A stretch of DNA of 64,000 bases from Phyllobates terribilis (GCF_046119375.1 NW_027362769.1:362390001-362454000), one strand, 5' to 3'. Shown: positions 1-13,139, numbered from the stretch's first letter. Program-made: numbers and translations. Notes: generated from the sequence alone by a model not told the origin.

Positions 1-198
1 CCATTGGCCGTGGACTCCTTAGGACGGCGCGCGCGGCCCCTTTAAGAGGGAGGGAGGGCGCGCGCGCGCGCCCTAAGCACAGTGGCCGGGAAGGAGCGCG
101 CGCTGCCAGCAGAGCGGGAGAGGGACGCCGGGCACGGAGCAGAGCGGTGAGGGGAACAGCGTCCCTGCCTAGCAGAGGGCAGGGACGCCGGCACTACA
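1..198 (-). mobile_element. Terminus of an LTR (probably Gypsy-type) abutting the satellite; element continues beyond the window start
   Basis: The minus strand starts TGTAGTGCCGGCGTCCCTGCC at 198 (TG start, like the TGTAGC start of the solo LTRs at 34211 and 50794). GC/CpG-rich, with a sharp junction into the middle of a satellite monomer. The other end is not visible. Confidence 0.5.
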
Positions 199-3100
199 AC
201 TGCGACCTCCATCACTTTTTCAAGGGGCATTGATATTGTCTTTTTATCCACTGCAAACACCACCACTGTTCCAAGGGGCATTAAAACCATCTTGTTAAGC
301 TACTGCGACCTCCACGTCTCTCCAAGGGGCATTAAAACTGCCTTGTTTAGCTACTGCGACCTCCACGTCTCTTCCAAGGGGCATTAAAACCGTCTTGTTA
401 AGCTACTGCCACCTCCACGTCTCTTCCAAGGGGCATTAAAACCGTCGTGTTAAGATACTGCGACCTCCACATCTCTTCCAATGGGCATTGACATTGTCTC
501 TTTATTCCACTGCAACCTCCACGTCTCTTCCAATGGGCATTAAAACCGTCTTGTTATGCTACTGTGACCTCCACATCTCTTCCAATGGGCATTGATATTG
601 TCTTTTTATTCAACTGCGACCTCCACGTCTTTTCCAAGGGGCATTAAAACCGTCTTGTTAAGCTACTGCGACATCCACCACTTTTCCCAGGGGCATAGAT
701 ATTGTCTTTTTATTCCACTGCGACCTCCACGTCTCTTCCAAGGGGAATTAAAACTGTCTTGTTTAGCTACTGCGGCCTCCACCACTTTTACCAGGGGCAT
801 TGATATTGTCTTTTTATTCCACTGCGACCTCCACGTCTCTTCCAAGGGGCATTAAAACCGTCTTGTTAAGCTACTGCGACCTCCATCACTTTTTCAAGGG
901 GCATTGATATTGTCATTTTATCCACTGCAAACACCACCATTGTTCCAAGGGGCATTAAAACCATCTTGTTAAGCTATTGCGACCTCCACCACTTTTCCCA
1001 GGGGCATTAAAACCATCTTGTTAAGCTACTGTGACCTCCCCGTCTCTTACAATGAGCATTACAACCATCTTATTAAGCTACGGCGACATCCAAGTCTCTT
1101 GCAAGGGGCATTAAAACACTCTTGTTTAGCTACTGCGACCTCCACGTCTTTCCAAGGGGCATTAAAACCGTCTTGTTAAGCTACTACGACCTCCACCACT
1201 TTTACTAGGGTCATAGATATTGTCTTTTTATTCCACTGCGACCTCCACGTCTCTTCCAAGGGACATTAAAACCGTCTTGCTTAGCTACGGCGACCTCTAC
1301 CACTTTTCCCAGGGGCATTGATATTGTCTGTTTATTCCACTTCGACCTCCACGTCTCTTCCAAGGGGCATTAAAATTGTCTTGTTAAGCTACTGCGACCT
1401 CCAGCACTTTTCCCAGGTGCATTGATATTGTCTTTTGATTCCACTGCGACCTCCACGTCTCTTCCAAGGGGCATTAAAACCGTCTTGTAAAGCTACTGCG
1501 ACCTCCACCACATTTCCCAGGGGAATTGATATTGTCTTTTTCTTCCACTGCGACCTCCACGTCTCTTCTAAGGGGCATTAAAACCATCTTGTTAAGGTAC
1601 TGCGACCTCCACGTCTCTACCAAGGGGCATTAAAACAGTCTTGTTAAGATACTGAGACCTCCACGTCTCTTCCAAGGGGCATTAAAACAGCCTTGTTAAG
1701 CTACTGCGACCTCCACGTCTCTTCCAAGGGGCATTGATATTGTCTTTTTATTCCACTGCGACCACCGCGTCTATTCCAAGGGGCATTAAAACCATCTTGT
1801 TAAGCTACTGGACCTCCACGTCTCTTCCAAGGGGCATTAAACCCATCTTGTTAAGCTACAGCGACCTCCACGTCTCTTCCAAGGGGCATTGATATTTTCT
1901 TTTTATTCCACTGCGACCTCCACATCTCTCCAAGGGGCATTAAAACAGTCTTGTTAAGCTACTGCGACCTCCACCACTTTTCCCAGGGGCATTGATATTG
2001 TCTTTTTATTCCAATGCGACCTCCACATCTCTTCCAAGGGTCATTAAAACCGTCTTGTTAAGCTACTGCAACCTCCACGTCTCTTCCCAGGGGCATTAAA
2101 ACCGTCTTGTTAAGCTACTGCGACCTCCACGTCTCTTCCAAGGGGCATTAAACCCATCTTGTTAAGCTACAGCGACCTCCACGTCTCTTCCAAGGGGCAT
2201 TGATATTTTCTTTTTATTCCACTGCGACCTCCACATCTCTCCAAGGGGCATTAAAACAGTCTTGTTAAGCTACTGCGACCTCCACGTCTCTTCCAAGGGG
2301 CATACATATTGTCTTTTTATTCCACTGCGACCTCCACATCTCTTCCAAGGGGCATTAAAACCGTCTGTTTAAGCTACTGCAACCTCCATGTCTCTTCTAA
2401 GGGGTATTAAAACAGTCTTGTTAAGCGTCAGCGAACTCCACGTCTCTATCAAGGGGCATTAAAATCATATTGTTAAGCTACTGCGACCTCCACGTCTTTT
2501 CCAAGGGGCATTAAACCGATCTTGTTAAGCTACTGCGACCTCCACGTCTCTTCCAAAGGGCATTAAAACCATCTTGTTATGCTACTGAGACCTCCATATC
2601 TTTTCTAAGGGGCAATAAAACCGTCTTGTTAAGCTTCTGCGAACTCCTCGTCTCTTCCACGGGGCATTAAAATCATCTTGTTAAGCTACTGCGACCTCCA
2701 CGTCTCTTCCAAGGGGTATAGATATTGTCTTTTTATTCCACTGCGACCTCCACATCTCTTAAAAGGGGCATTAAAACTGTCTTGTTAAGCTACTGCGACC
2801 TCCATCTCTTTTTCAAGAGGCATTGATATTGTCTTTATATCCACTTCAAACTCCACCATTGTTCCAAGGGGCATTAAAACCATCTTGTTAAGCTACTGCG
2901 ACCTCCACCACTTGTCCCAGGGGCATTAAAAAAGTCTTGTTAAGCTACTGCGACATCCACGTCTCTTCCAAAGGGTATTAAAACCGTCTTGTTAAGCTAC
3001 TGCAACCTCCACGTCTTTTCCAAGGGGCATTAAAACCGTCTTGTTAAGCTACTGCGACCTCCACGTCTCTTCCAAGGGGCATTAAACCCATCATGTTAAG

Positions 3101-6100
3101 CTACAGCGACCTCCACGTCTCTTCCAAGGGGCATTGATATTTTCTTTTTATTCCTCTGCGACCTCCACATCTCTCCAAGGGGCATTAAAACAGTCTTGTT
3201 AAGCTACTGCGACCTCCACCACTTTTCCCAGGGGCATTGATATTGTCTTTTTATTCCAATGCGACCTCCACATCTCTTCCAAGGGTCATTAAAACCGTCT
3301 TGTTAAGCTTCTGCGACCTCCACCACTTTTTCAAGGGGCATAGATATTGTCTTTTTATTCCACTGCGAACTCCACCATTGTTCCCAGAGGCATTAAAACC
3401 GTCTTGTTAAGCTACTGCATCCTCCACCACTTTTCCCAGGGGCATTAATACCGTCTTGTTAAGCTACTGCGACCTCCCCATCTCTTCCAATGGGTATTAA
3501 AACCGTCTTGTTAAGCTACTGCAACCTCCACGTCTCTTCCAAGGGGCATTAAAACCATCTTGTTAAGCTACTGCCACCTCGAAGTCTCTTTCAACCGGCA
3601 TTAAACCTATCTTGTTAAGATACTGCGACCTCCACGTCTCTTCCAAGGGGCATACATATTGTCTTTTATTCCACTGCGACCTCCACATCTCTTCCAAGGG
3701 GCATTAAAACCGTCTTGTTAAGCTACTGCGACCTCCACCACTTTACGCCGGGGCATTGATATTGTCATTTTATTCCAATGCGACCTCCACGTCTCTTCCA
3801 AAGGGCATTAAAACCATCTTTTTAAGCTACTGCAACCTCCATGTCTCTTCTAAGGGATATTAAAACAGTCTTGTTAAGCTTCAGCGACCTCCACGTCTCT
3901 ACCAAGGGGCTTTAAAATCATATTGTTAAGCTACTGCGACCTCCACGTCTCTTCCAAGGGGCATTAAACCCATCTTGTTAAGCTACTGCGACCTCCACGT
4001 CTCTTCCAAAGGGCATTAAAACCATCTTGTTATGCTACTGCGACCTCCATATCTTTTCTAAGGGGCATAAAAACCGTCTTGTTAAGCTTCTGCGAACTCC
4101 TCGTCTCTTCCAAGGGGCATTAAAATCATCTTGTTAAGCTACTGCGACCTCCACGTCTCTTCCAAGGGGCATAGATATTGTCTTTTTATTCCACTGCAAC
4201 CTCCACATCTCTTAAAAGGGGCATTAAAACTGTCTTGTTAAGCTACTGCGACCTCCATCTCTTTTTCAAGGGGCATTGATATTGTCTTTATATCCACTTC
4301 AAACTCCACCATTGTTCCAAGGGGCATTAAAACCATCTTGTTAAGCTACTGCGACCTCCACCACTTGTCCCAGGGGCATTAAAAAAGTCTTGTTAAGCTA
4401 CTGCGACCTCCACATCTCTTCCAAAGGGCATTAAAACCGTCTTGCTAAGCTACTGCGACCTCCATGTCTCTTCTAAGGGGCATTAAACCCATCTTGTTAA
4501 GCTACTGCGACCTCCACGTCTCTTCCAAGGGGCATAGATATTGTCATTTTATTCCACTGCGACCTCCACATCTCTTTCAAGGGGCATTAAAACCGTCTTG
4601 TTAAGCTACTGCGACCTCCATCACTTTTTCAAAGGGCATTGATATTGTCTTTTTATCCACTGCAAACTCCACCATTGTTCCAAGGGGCATTAAAACCATC
4701 TTGTTAAGCTCCTGCGACCTCCACTACTTTTCCCAGGGGCATTAAAACCGTCTTGTTAAGCTACTGCGACCTTCACGTCTCTTCCAAAGGGCTTTAAAAC
4801 GGTCTTGTTAAGCTACTGCGAACTCCATGTCTCTTCTAAGGGGCATTAAAACCGTCTTGTTAAGCTACTGCGACCTCCACGTCTCTTCCAAGGGGCATTA
4901 AAATCGTCTTGTTAAGCTACTGCGACCTCCATGTCTCTTCCAAGGGGCATTAAACCCATCTTGTTAAACTACTGCGACCTCCACGTCTCTTCCAAGGATC
5001 ATAGATATTGTCTTTTTATTCCACTGCGACCTACACATCTCTTCCAAGGGGCATTAAAACCGTCTTGTTAAGCTACTGCGACCTCCATCACTTTTTCAAG
5101 GGGCATTGATATTGTCTTTTTATCCACTGCAAACACCAACATTGTTCCAAGGGGCATTAAAACCATCTTGTTAAGCTACTGCGACCTCCACCCCTTTTCC
5201 CAGGGGCATTAAAACCGTCTTGTTAAGCTACTGCGACCTCCCCGTCTGTTCCAATGGGCATTAAAACCATCTTTTTACGCTACTGCGACCTCCAAGTCTC
5301 TTCCAAGGGGCATTAAAACTGTCTTGTTTAGCTACTGCGACCTCCACGTCTCTTCCAAGGGGCATTAAAACCGTCTTGTTAAGATACTGCGATCTCCACA
5401 TCTCTTCCAATGGGCATTGATATTGTCTTTTTATTCCACTGCAACCTCCATGTCTCTTCCAATGGGCATTAAAACCGTCTTGTTATGCTACTGTGTCCTC
5501 CACATCTTTTCCAATGGGCATTGATATTGTCTTTTTATTCAACTGTGACCTCCGCGTTTCTTCCAAAGGGCATTAAAACCGTCTTGTTAAGCTACTGCGA
5601 CCTCCACCACTTTTCCCAGGGGCATAGATATTGTCTTTTTACTTCACTGCGACCTCCACATCTCTTCCAAGGGGCATTGAAACCATCTTGTTAAGCTACT
5701 GCGACCTCCATCACTTTTTCAAGGGGCATTGATATTGTCTTTTTATCCACTGTAAACACCACCATTGTTCCAAGGGGCATTAAAACCATCTTGTTAAGCT
5801 ACTGCGAACTCCACCACTTTTCACAGGGGCATTGAAACCGTCTTGTTAAGCTACTGCGACCTCCCCGTCTCTTACAATGGGCATTACAACCATCTTGTTA
5901 AGCTACTGCGACCTCCAAGTCTCTTCCAAGGGGCATTAAAACTGTCTTGTTTAGCTACTGCGACCTCCACGTCTCTTCCAAGGGGCATTAAAAACGTCTT
6001 GTTAAGCTACTGCGACCTCCCCGTCTCTTATAATGAGCATTACAACCATCTTGTTAAGCTACTGCGACCTCCAAGTCTCTTCCAAGGAGCATTAAAACTG

Positions 6101-8120
6101 TCTTGTTTAGCTACTGCGACCTCCACATATCTTCAAATGGGCACTGATATTGTCTTTTTATTCCACTGCAACCTCCACATCTCTTCCAAGGGGCATTAAA
6201 ACCGTCTTGTTAAGCTACGGCGACCTCCACTACTTTTCCCAGGGGCATACATATTGTCTTTTTATTCCACTGCGACCTCCACGGCTCTTCCAAGGGGAAT
6301 TAAAACTGTCTTGTTTAGCTACTGCGACCTCTACCACTTTTACCAGGGGCATTGGTATTGTCTTTTTATTCCTCTGCGACATCCACGTCTCTTCCAAGGG
6401 GCATTAAAAGTGTCTTGTTAAGCTACTGCGACCTCCACCACTTTTTCAAGGGGCATTAATATTGTCTTTTTATTCCACTGTGAACTCCACCATCCTTCCA
6501 AGGGGATTAAAACCGTCTTGTTAAGCTACTGCGACCTCCACCACTTTTCCCAGGGGCATTGAAACCGTCTTGTTAAGCTACTGCGACCTCCATGTCTCTA
6601 CCAAGGGGCATTAAAACGATCTTGTTAAGCTACTGCAACCTCCACGTCTTTTCCAAGGGGCATTAAAACCGTCTTAATAAGTTACTGCGACCTCCACGTC
6701 TCTTCCAAGGTGCATTAAAACCGTCTTGTTAAGCTATTGCGACCTCCACGTCTCTTCCAAGGGGCATTAAAACCATCTTGTTAAGATACTGCGACCTCCA
6801 CGTCTCTTCCAAGGGGCATTGATATTGTCTTTTTATCTCACTGCAACCTCCACGTCTCTTCCAAGGGGCATTATAACCATCTTGTTAAGCTACTGCGACC
6901 TCCACATCTCTTCCAAGGGGCATTGATATCGTCTTTTTATTCCACTGCGACCTCCACGTCTCTTCCATGGGACATTAAAACCGTCTTGTTTAGCTACTGA
7001 GACCTCCACCACTTTTTCAAGGGGCATTGATATTGTCTTTTTATTCCACTGCGAACTCCACCATTCTTCCAAGGGGCATTAAAACCGTCTTGTTAAGCTA
7101 CTGCAAACTCCACCACTATTTCCAGGGGCATAGATATTGTCTTTTTATTCCACTGCGACCTTCACGTCTCTTCCAAGGGGAATTAAAACTGTCTTGTTTA
7201 GCTAGTGCAACCTCCACCACTTTTACCAGGGGCATTGATATTGTCTTTTTACTCCACTGTGACCTCCACGTCTCTTCCAAGGGGCATTAAAACTGTCTTG
7301 ATAAGCTACTGCGACCTCCACCTCTTTTTCAAGGGGAATTGATATTGTCTTTTTATTCCACCGCGAACTCCACCATTCTTCCAAGGGGAAATAAAACCGT
7401 CTTGTTCAGCTACAGCGATTTCCACAACTTTTCCCAGGGGCTTTGAAACCGTCTTGTTAAGCTACTGCGACCTCCACGTCTCTGCCAAGGGGTATTAAAA
7501 CCGTCTTATTAAGCTACTGCTACCTCCACGTCTCTTCCAAGGGGCATTAAAACAATCTTGATAAGCTACTGCGACCTCCACGTCTCTTCCAAGGGGCATT
7601 AAAACCATCTCGTTAAGCTTCTGCGACCTCCACGTCTCTTCCTAGGGGCATTAAAACCGTCTTGTTAAGCTACTGCGACCTCCACGTCTCTTCCAAGGGG
7701 CATTAAAGCAATCTCGTTAAGCTTCTGCGACCTCCACGTCTCTACCAAGGGGCATTGATATTGTCTTTTTATTCCACTGCATCATCCACGTCTCTTCCGA
7801 GGGGCATTAAAACCGTCTTGTTAAGCTACTGCGACCTCCACCACTTTTCCCAGGGGTATAGATATTGTCTTTTTATTCCACTGCGACCTCCACGTCTCTT
7901 CCAAGGGGCATTAAAACTGTCTTGTTTAGCTACTGCGACCTCCACGACTTTTACCAGAGGCATTGATATTGTCTTTTTATTCCACTGCGACCTCCGCGTC
8001 TTTTCCAAGGGGCATTAAAACTGTCTTGTTAATCTACTGCAACCTTCACCACTCTTTCAAGGGGCATTGATATTGTCTTTTTAATCCACTGCAAACTCCA
8101 CCATTCTTCCAACGGGCATT

Positions 8121-8355
8121 GCATTTCCTCCTAATCTTAGTCAGCTTTTCCTTTTCAATGCATAGGCGAACACTAAGGGAGAACCACTCTCCAATAATGG
8201 TGAGAAGGTTTTCAGTATGCTGTAATCCACGTCTGTTTCAAGGGGCATTGCAGTTCCTCATAATTTTTGGAAAGCCTTCCATTCACTGCTTAGGCCAACA
8301 GTGCACAGGAGACCCATTTGCTATAAAATGAAAAAACGGTTTAGTTAGGGCCCTC
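8121..8355. repeat. Long-unit interruption of the satellite (two diverged ~130-bp units), copy 1
   Basis: Starts gcatttcctcctaatcttagtcagc and is near-identical to 10307-10545. Homologous to the 132/133-bp units at 55405-56385. Confidence 0.9.
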
Positions 8356-10306
8356 TGACCTCCAAGTCTCTTCCAAGGGGCATTAAAACCATCTTGTTAA
8401 GCTACTTCGACCTCCACGTCTCTTCCAAGGGGCATTAAAACCGTCTTGTTAAGCTACTGCGACCTCCACGTCTCCTCCAACTGGCATAAAAACCGTCTTG
8501 TTAAGATACTGCGACCTCCACGTCTCTTCCAAGGGGCATTGATATTGTCTTTTTATTCCACTGCAACCTCCACGTCTCTTCCAAGGGGCATTAAAACTGT
8601 CTTTTTAAGCTACTGCGACCACCACATCTCTTCCAAGGGGCATTGATATTGTCTTTTTATTCCACTGCGACCTCCATGTCTCTTCCAAGGGGCATTAAAA
8701 CTGTCTTGTTAAGCTACTGCGACCTCCACCACTTTTTCAAGGGGCATTGATATTGTCTTTTTATTCCACTGCGAACTCCACCATTCATCCAAGGGGCATT
8801 AAAACCGTCTTGTTAAGCTACTGCGACCTCCACCACTTTTCCCAGGGTCATAGATATTGTCTTTTTATTCCACTGCGACCTCCACGTCTCTTCCAAGGGG
8901 CATTAAAACTGTCTTGTTTAGCTACTGCGAACTCCACCACTTATACCAGGGGCATTGATATTGTCTTTTTATTCCACTGCGACCTCCACGTCTCTTCCAA
9001 GGGGCATTAAACTGTCTTGTTAAGCTACTGCGACCTCCACCACTTTTTCAAGGGGCATTGATATTGTCTTCTTATTCAACTGCGAACTCCACCATTCTTT
9101 CAAGGGGAATTAAAACCATCTTGTTAAGCAACTGCGATTTCCACCACTTTTCCCAGGGGCATTGAAACAGTCTTGTTAAGCTACTGCGACTTCCACGCCT
9201 CTTCCAAGGGGCATTAAAACCGTCTTGTTAAGCTACTGCGACCTACACGTCTCTTCCAAGGGGCATTAAAACTGTCTTGTTAAGCTTCTGCGACCTCCAC
9301 GTCTCTTCCAAGGGGCATTAAAACCGTCTTGTTAAGCTTCGGCGACCTCCACGTCTCTTCCTTGGGGCATTAAAACCGTCTTGTTAAGATACTGCAACCT
9401 CGACTTCTCTTCCAAGGGGCATTGATATTGTCTTTTTATTCCACTGCAACCTCCACGTCTCTACCAAGGGGCATTAAAACCATCTTGTTAAGCTATTGTT
9501 ACCTCCACCAGTTTTCTCAGGGGCATAGATATTGTCTTTTTATTCTACTGCAACCTCCACATCTCTTCCAAGGGTCATTAAAACTGTCTTGTTTAGCTAC
9601 TGCGACCTCCGCCACTTTTACCCGGGGCATTGATATTGTCTTTTTATTCCACTGCGACCTCCTCGTCTCTTCCAAGGGGCATTAAAACTGTCTTGTTAAG
9701 CTACTGCGACCTCCACCACTTTTTCAAGGGGCATTGATATTGTCTTTTTATTCCACTGCGAACTCCACCATTCTTCCAAGGGGCATTAAAACTGTCTTGT
9801 TAAGCTACTGCAACCTCCACCACTTTTCCCAGGGGCATTGAAACCGTCTTGTTAAGCTACTGTGACCTCCACGTCTCTACAAAGGGGCATTAAAACCGTC
9901 TTGTTAAGCTACTGCGACCTCCACTTCTCTTCCAAGGGGCATTAAAACAGTCTTGTCAAGCTACTATGACCTCCACGTCTCTTCCAAGGGGCATTAAAAC
10001 CGTCTTGTTAAGCTACTGCGACCTCCACATCTCTTCCAAGGGGCATTGATATTGTCTTTTTATTCCACTGCAACCTCCATGTCTCTTCCGAGGGGCATTA
10101 AACCGTCTTGTTTAGCTACTGCGACCTCCACCACTTTTACCAGGGGCATTGATATTGTCTTTTTATTCCACTGCGACCTCCACATCTCTTCCAAGGGGCA
10201 TTAAAACTGTCTTGTTAAGCTACTGCGACATCCAACACTCTTTCAAGGGGCATTGATATTGTCTTTTTATTCCACTGCAAACTCCATTATTCTTCCAACG
10301 GGCATT

Positions 10307-10545
10307 ACATTTCCTCCTAATCTTAGTCAGCTTTTCCTTTTCAATGCATAGGCGAACACTAAGGGAGAACCACTCTCCAATAATGGGGAGAAGGTTTTTA
10401 GTATGCTGTAATCCACGTCTGTTTCAAGGGGCTTTGCAGTTCCTCATAATTTTTGGAAAGCCTTCCATTCACTGCTTAGGCCAACAGTGCACAGGAGACC
10501 CAGTTGCTATAAAATGAAAAAACGGTTTATTTAGGGCCCTCTGAC
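10307..10545. repeat. Long-unit interruption of the satellite, copy 2
   Basis: Duplicate of 8121-8355, offset by 2186 bp. Confidence 0.9.
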
Positions 10546-10669
10546 CTCCATGTCCCTTCCAAGGGGCATTGGAGTGCCTCGAAATTTTTGGTAGGCATTG
10601 CACTCACTGCATGCCCTATAACTGTGTAGCCGAACTGCTCCTTTTGGTGCAGAAACATATCCTACAAGA

Positions 10670-12668
10670 CATGTGTGGTTAACTGCCTTGATATTGATGT
10701 GAATGGTCCCTTTTCCTCCTGCTCTTTCTCCTTTGCCACCACCTCATCCATCATTCATCACCTGAAGCTTTGTTTTAATGGGAGTCGTAGAACTGGGACA
10801 GTAGCAGGAAAACATCCAGCAATCCTCGGAGGAAGTAGGATATGCGCCAAAACGCTGACCACCTCAGGCCTAGCTGTTACTACATACATGCGCTTGCATT
10901 CCAAGAAAACAAAGCAGATGGTAACTTCTATCATTATCATCATGCTCCTCACCTTGGCACTCTCAACTCCCCTGATGGAGAAGCACGGCCCAACGGAGGA
11001 GTCTGGTTCTCTGGTGGGCTCATCCAATCCTGCCCTAAAGCAGGCCAGGCTAAGAAAAGTGTGGTGGGAAGTTCCAAGGAGAAATAGGGGCGGCTGGGGA
11101 CCGTTTATGGACACCCGGCCGCCCCCAGGCGGCTGGGGACCGTGCGTGGACACCCGGCCGCGGGGCGGCTGGGGACCGAGTATGGACACCCGGCCGCCCC
11201 CTGGCGGCTGGGAACCGAGCGTGGACACACGGCTGCCGGGCAGCTGGGGACTGGGTATGGATACCAGGCCGCCGACGCAGCCATGAGATGGTGGCCGGCG
11301 TCTGCCTCCACATACCTAAAAGGCCCAATTTCAATTGCAAGCAAGCTAGCAGTATGGTATAACAGCCTGGGGGTGGGTGGGTGGCAGGTTGCACACTTAC
11401 GCTTGCATTCCAAGAAAACAAAGCAGATGCTAACTTCTATCATCATCATCATGCTCCTCACCTTGGCACTCTCAACTCCCCTGATGGAGAAGCCAGGGCC
11501 CACCGGAGGAATCTTTTTCTCTGGTGGGCTCGTCCAATGCTGCCCTAAAGCAGGCCGGGCTTGGAAAAGTGTGGGGGGTAGTTCCAAGGAGAAATAGGGC
11601 CGGCTGAGGACCATTTATGGACACCCTTCCGCCCCCAGGTGGCTGGGGACCGTGTGTGGACACCCGACCGCCGGGCACCTGGGGACCGAGTATGGACACC
11701 CGGCCGCCCCCTGGCGGCTGGGGACCGAGCGTGGACACCCGGCCACCAGGCGGCTGGGGAGTGAGTATTGATACCTCGCTGCCAAAGCAGCCATGAGGTA
11801 GTGGCCAGCTTCGTCCTCCTTCAAACTAAAAGGTCCTATTTCAAGTGCAAACTAGCAGTATGGTATTGCAGCCTGGGGGTGGGTGGGTGGCAGGTTGCAT
11901 ACTTGCGCTTGCACTGCAAGGAATGGGGAAGGTACAATTGAACACTGCCCAGGGACAAGGACTTGCATGGGGATAGTTGCATGTCTGCATCTTCTGATGC
12001 TGCAAGGATTACTTCTGATGGACACACTTTTAGGCAGTGACCTGGGTGTCAGAGATGCTTCCAGGGGTCTTCCCAATGCTGTTCCCATGTCTTTTCAGCA
12101 CTGTATGCATATGTCATACAGCACATGGCCAGATAATATTGTAAAATGTTAAATGACATTTCTCATTGAATGCATTTGTCACGGTTGAAAGCAATACAAA
12201 AGTGCAAAACCGCATAGAAAATGCTACTTGTGTACATAGCCCAATGTGTGGAGGAGTAGTTTTGTTTTTGTTTTTTTATTTTACCTTATACACAAGTCTT
12301 TACCCTGGAAAAGAAGTTCCTTAACATATTTCACAGGAAAACTGTTTCAGTTTTGTTTTTGAACGTTTTATTGTGAGCCCGTAAAAGTGGCTTAATACCT
12401 TTGACCACGTTGTTGACAGCAGTGACCTGGGGGTCAGAAATGCTTCCTGGGGCGATGCCCATGCTGTCCCCATGTCTTTTGAGCACTCTCACTATCGTTT
12501 TGTGCACTTTTTAGGCTTTCTACAGACTGCCGGAAGTGCAGCCGCAAAAATGCTCGGGCCTCCCATAGGCTAACATTGGGCTCGTTGCTCGGGTCGAGCA
12601 CCCAAGTATCACGGTGAGCTCTGCCCCAGCTTCGAGCACCCAAGCATTTTAGTGCTCGCTCAACACTA
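10670..12668 (-). mobile_element. Degenerate non-autonomous hAT derivative (5' TIR, subterminal region and transposase remnants)
   Basis: TIR TAGTGTTGAGCGAGCA ends at 12668 on the minus strand. 12250-12668 is the reverse complement of 22213-22640. Minus-strand peptides ASLLAIEIGPFRYVEADAGHHLMAASAAWYPYPVPS and HILLPPRIAG match SRLLALEMLPFRLVETESFRNLMAVAVPRYSVPS and HILPTPRIVG of the hAT transposase at 53091+. Confidence 0.8.
10880..11930. repeat. ~510-bp tandem duplication (about 2.3 copies) containing 36/39-bp GC-rich minisatellites (11090-11280 and 11600-11780)
   Basis: cgcttgcattccaagaaaacaaagcagatg recurs at ~10890 and ~11400. ggacacccgg recurs at 11109, 11148, 11184, 11223 and 11259 (spacings 39/36/39/36). 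Confidence 0.9.
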
Positions 12669-12673
<5 letters not shown>

Positions 12674-12718
<45 letters not shown>

Positions 12719-12736
12719 ATATATTTACATATATAT
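12674..12736. repeat. (TA)n microsatellite
   Basis: Pure TA run at 12674-12710 with a degenerate tail. Confidence 0.95.
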
Positions 12737-13139
12737 TTGTGTATGGACTTGATAAAGACGTAGTTTTCTAGCATCCTCTAGTGTGAACTGTGCTTTACAG
12801 ACAGGTCTGCTGATTGCATTTCGCCCTGAGTGTTTATTGACTTTGAGTTTTCGTCTGCGCTTGTTTGAAACACCGTGTGTTTATAATATAAACTTTGACA
12901 CCTATTAACTATGTTCTGTAGTATCTTTGTTCCACGCAAAGAGACTCCTGGGGTATCCATTATAATTATTACAAGCTGTCTGCTTTGCCTAAGCTGATTT
13001 AAAAAAAATGAGGGGGACACCACACCATTTTTTTCTTTCTTTATTAGCTAAATACATGTACAGTAAGCTACACATGCACTGTGCTAATTATATATCTCAC
13101 TGACATCTTTCTATCTTTTCTATTCTGACGGGTCACACT

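Larger units (their letters stand above)
199..10570. repeat. 52-bp satellite array with monomer subtypes and higher-order repeats
   Basis: Period is 52 bp (ctccacgt at 361 and 413). Type A monomer: aagctactgcgacctccacgtctcttccaaggggcattaaaaccgtcttgtt. Type B monomer: ccactgcgacctccacgtctcttccaaggggcattgatattgtctttttatt. About 190 monomers. Confidence 0.97.

Noticed and set aside
199-10570. CRISPR-like array or protein-coding ORFs (60-118 aa) in the satellite
   Set aside because: There are no unique spacers (both halves are drawn from a few recurring variants), no cas genes, and the context is eukaryotic. The ORFs are repeated translations of 52-bp monomers.
10675-12152. Overlapping ORFs of 150-200 aa as novel genes
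   Set aside because: They are alternative frames of a decayed hAT remnant and an in-frame GC-rich minisatellite.
12778-13023. 81-aa minus-strand ORF (MDTPGVSLRGTKIL...) as a transposase N-terminus
   Set aside because: I could not match it to any motif I recognise; it is too short to call without a search.
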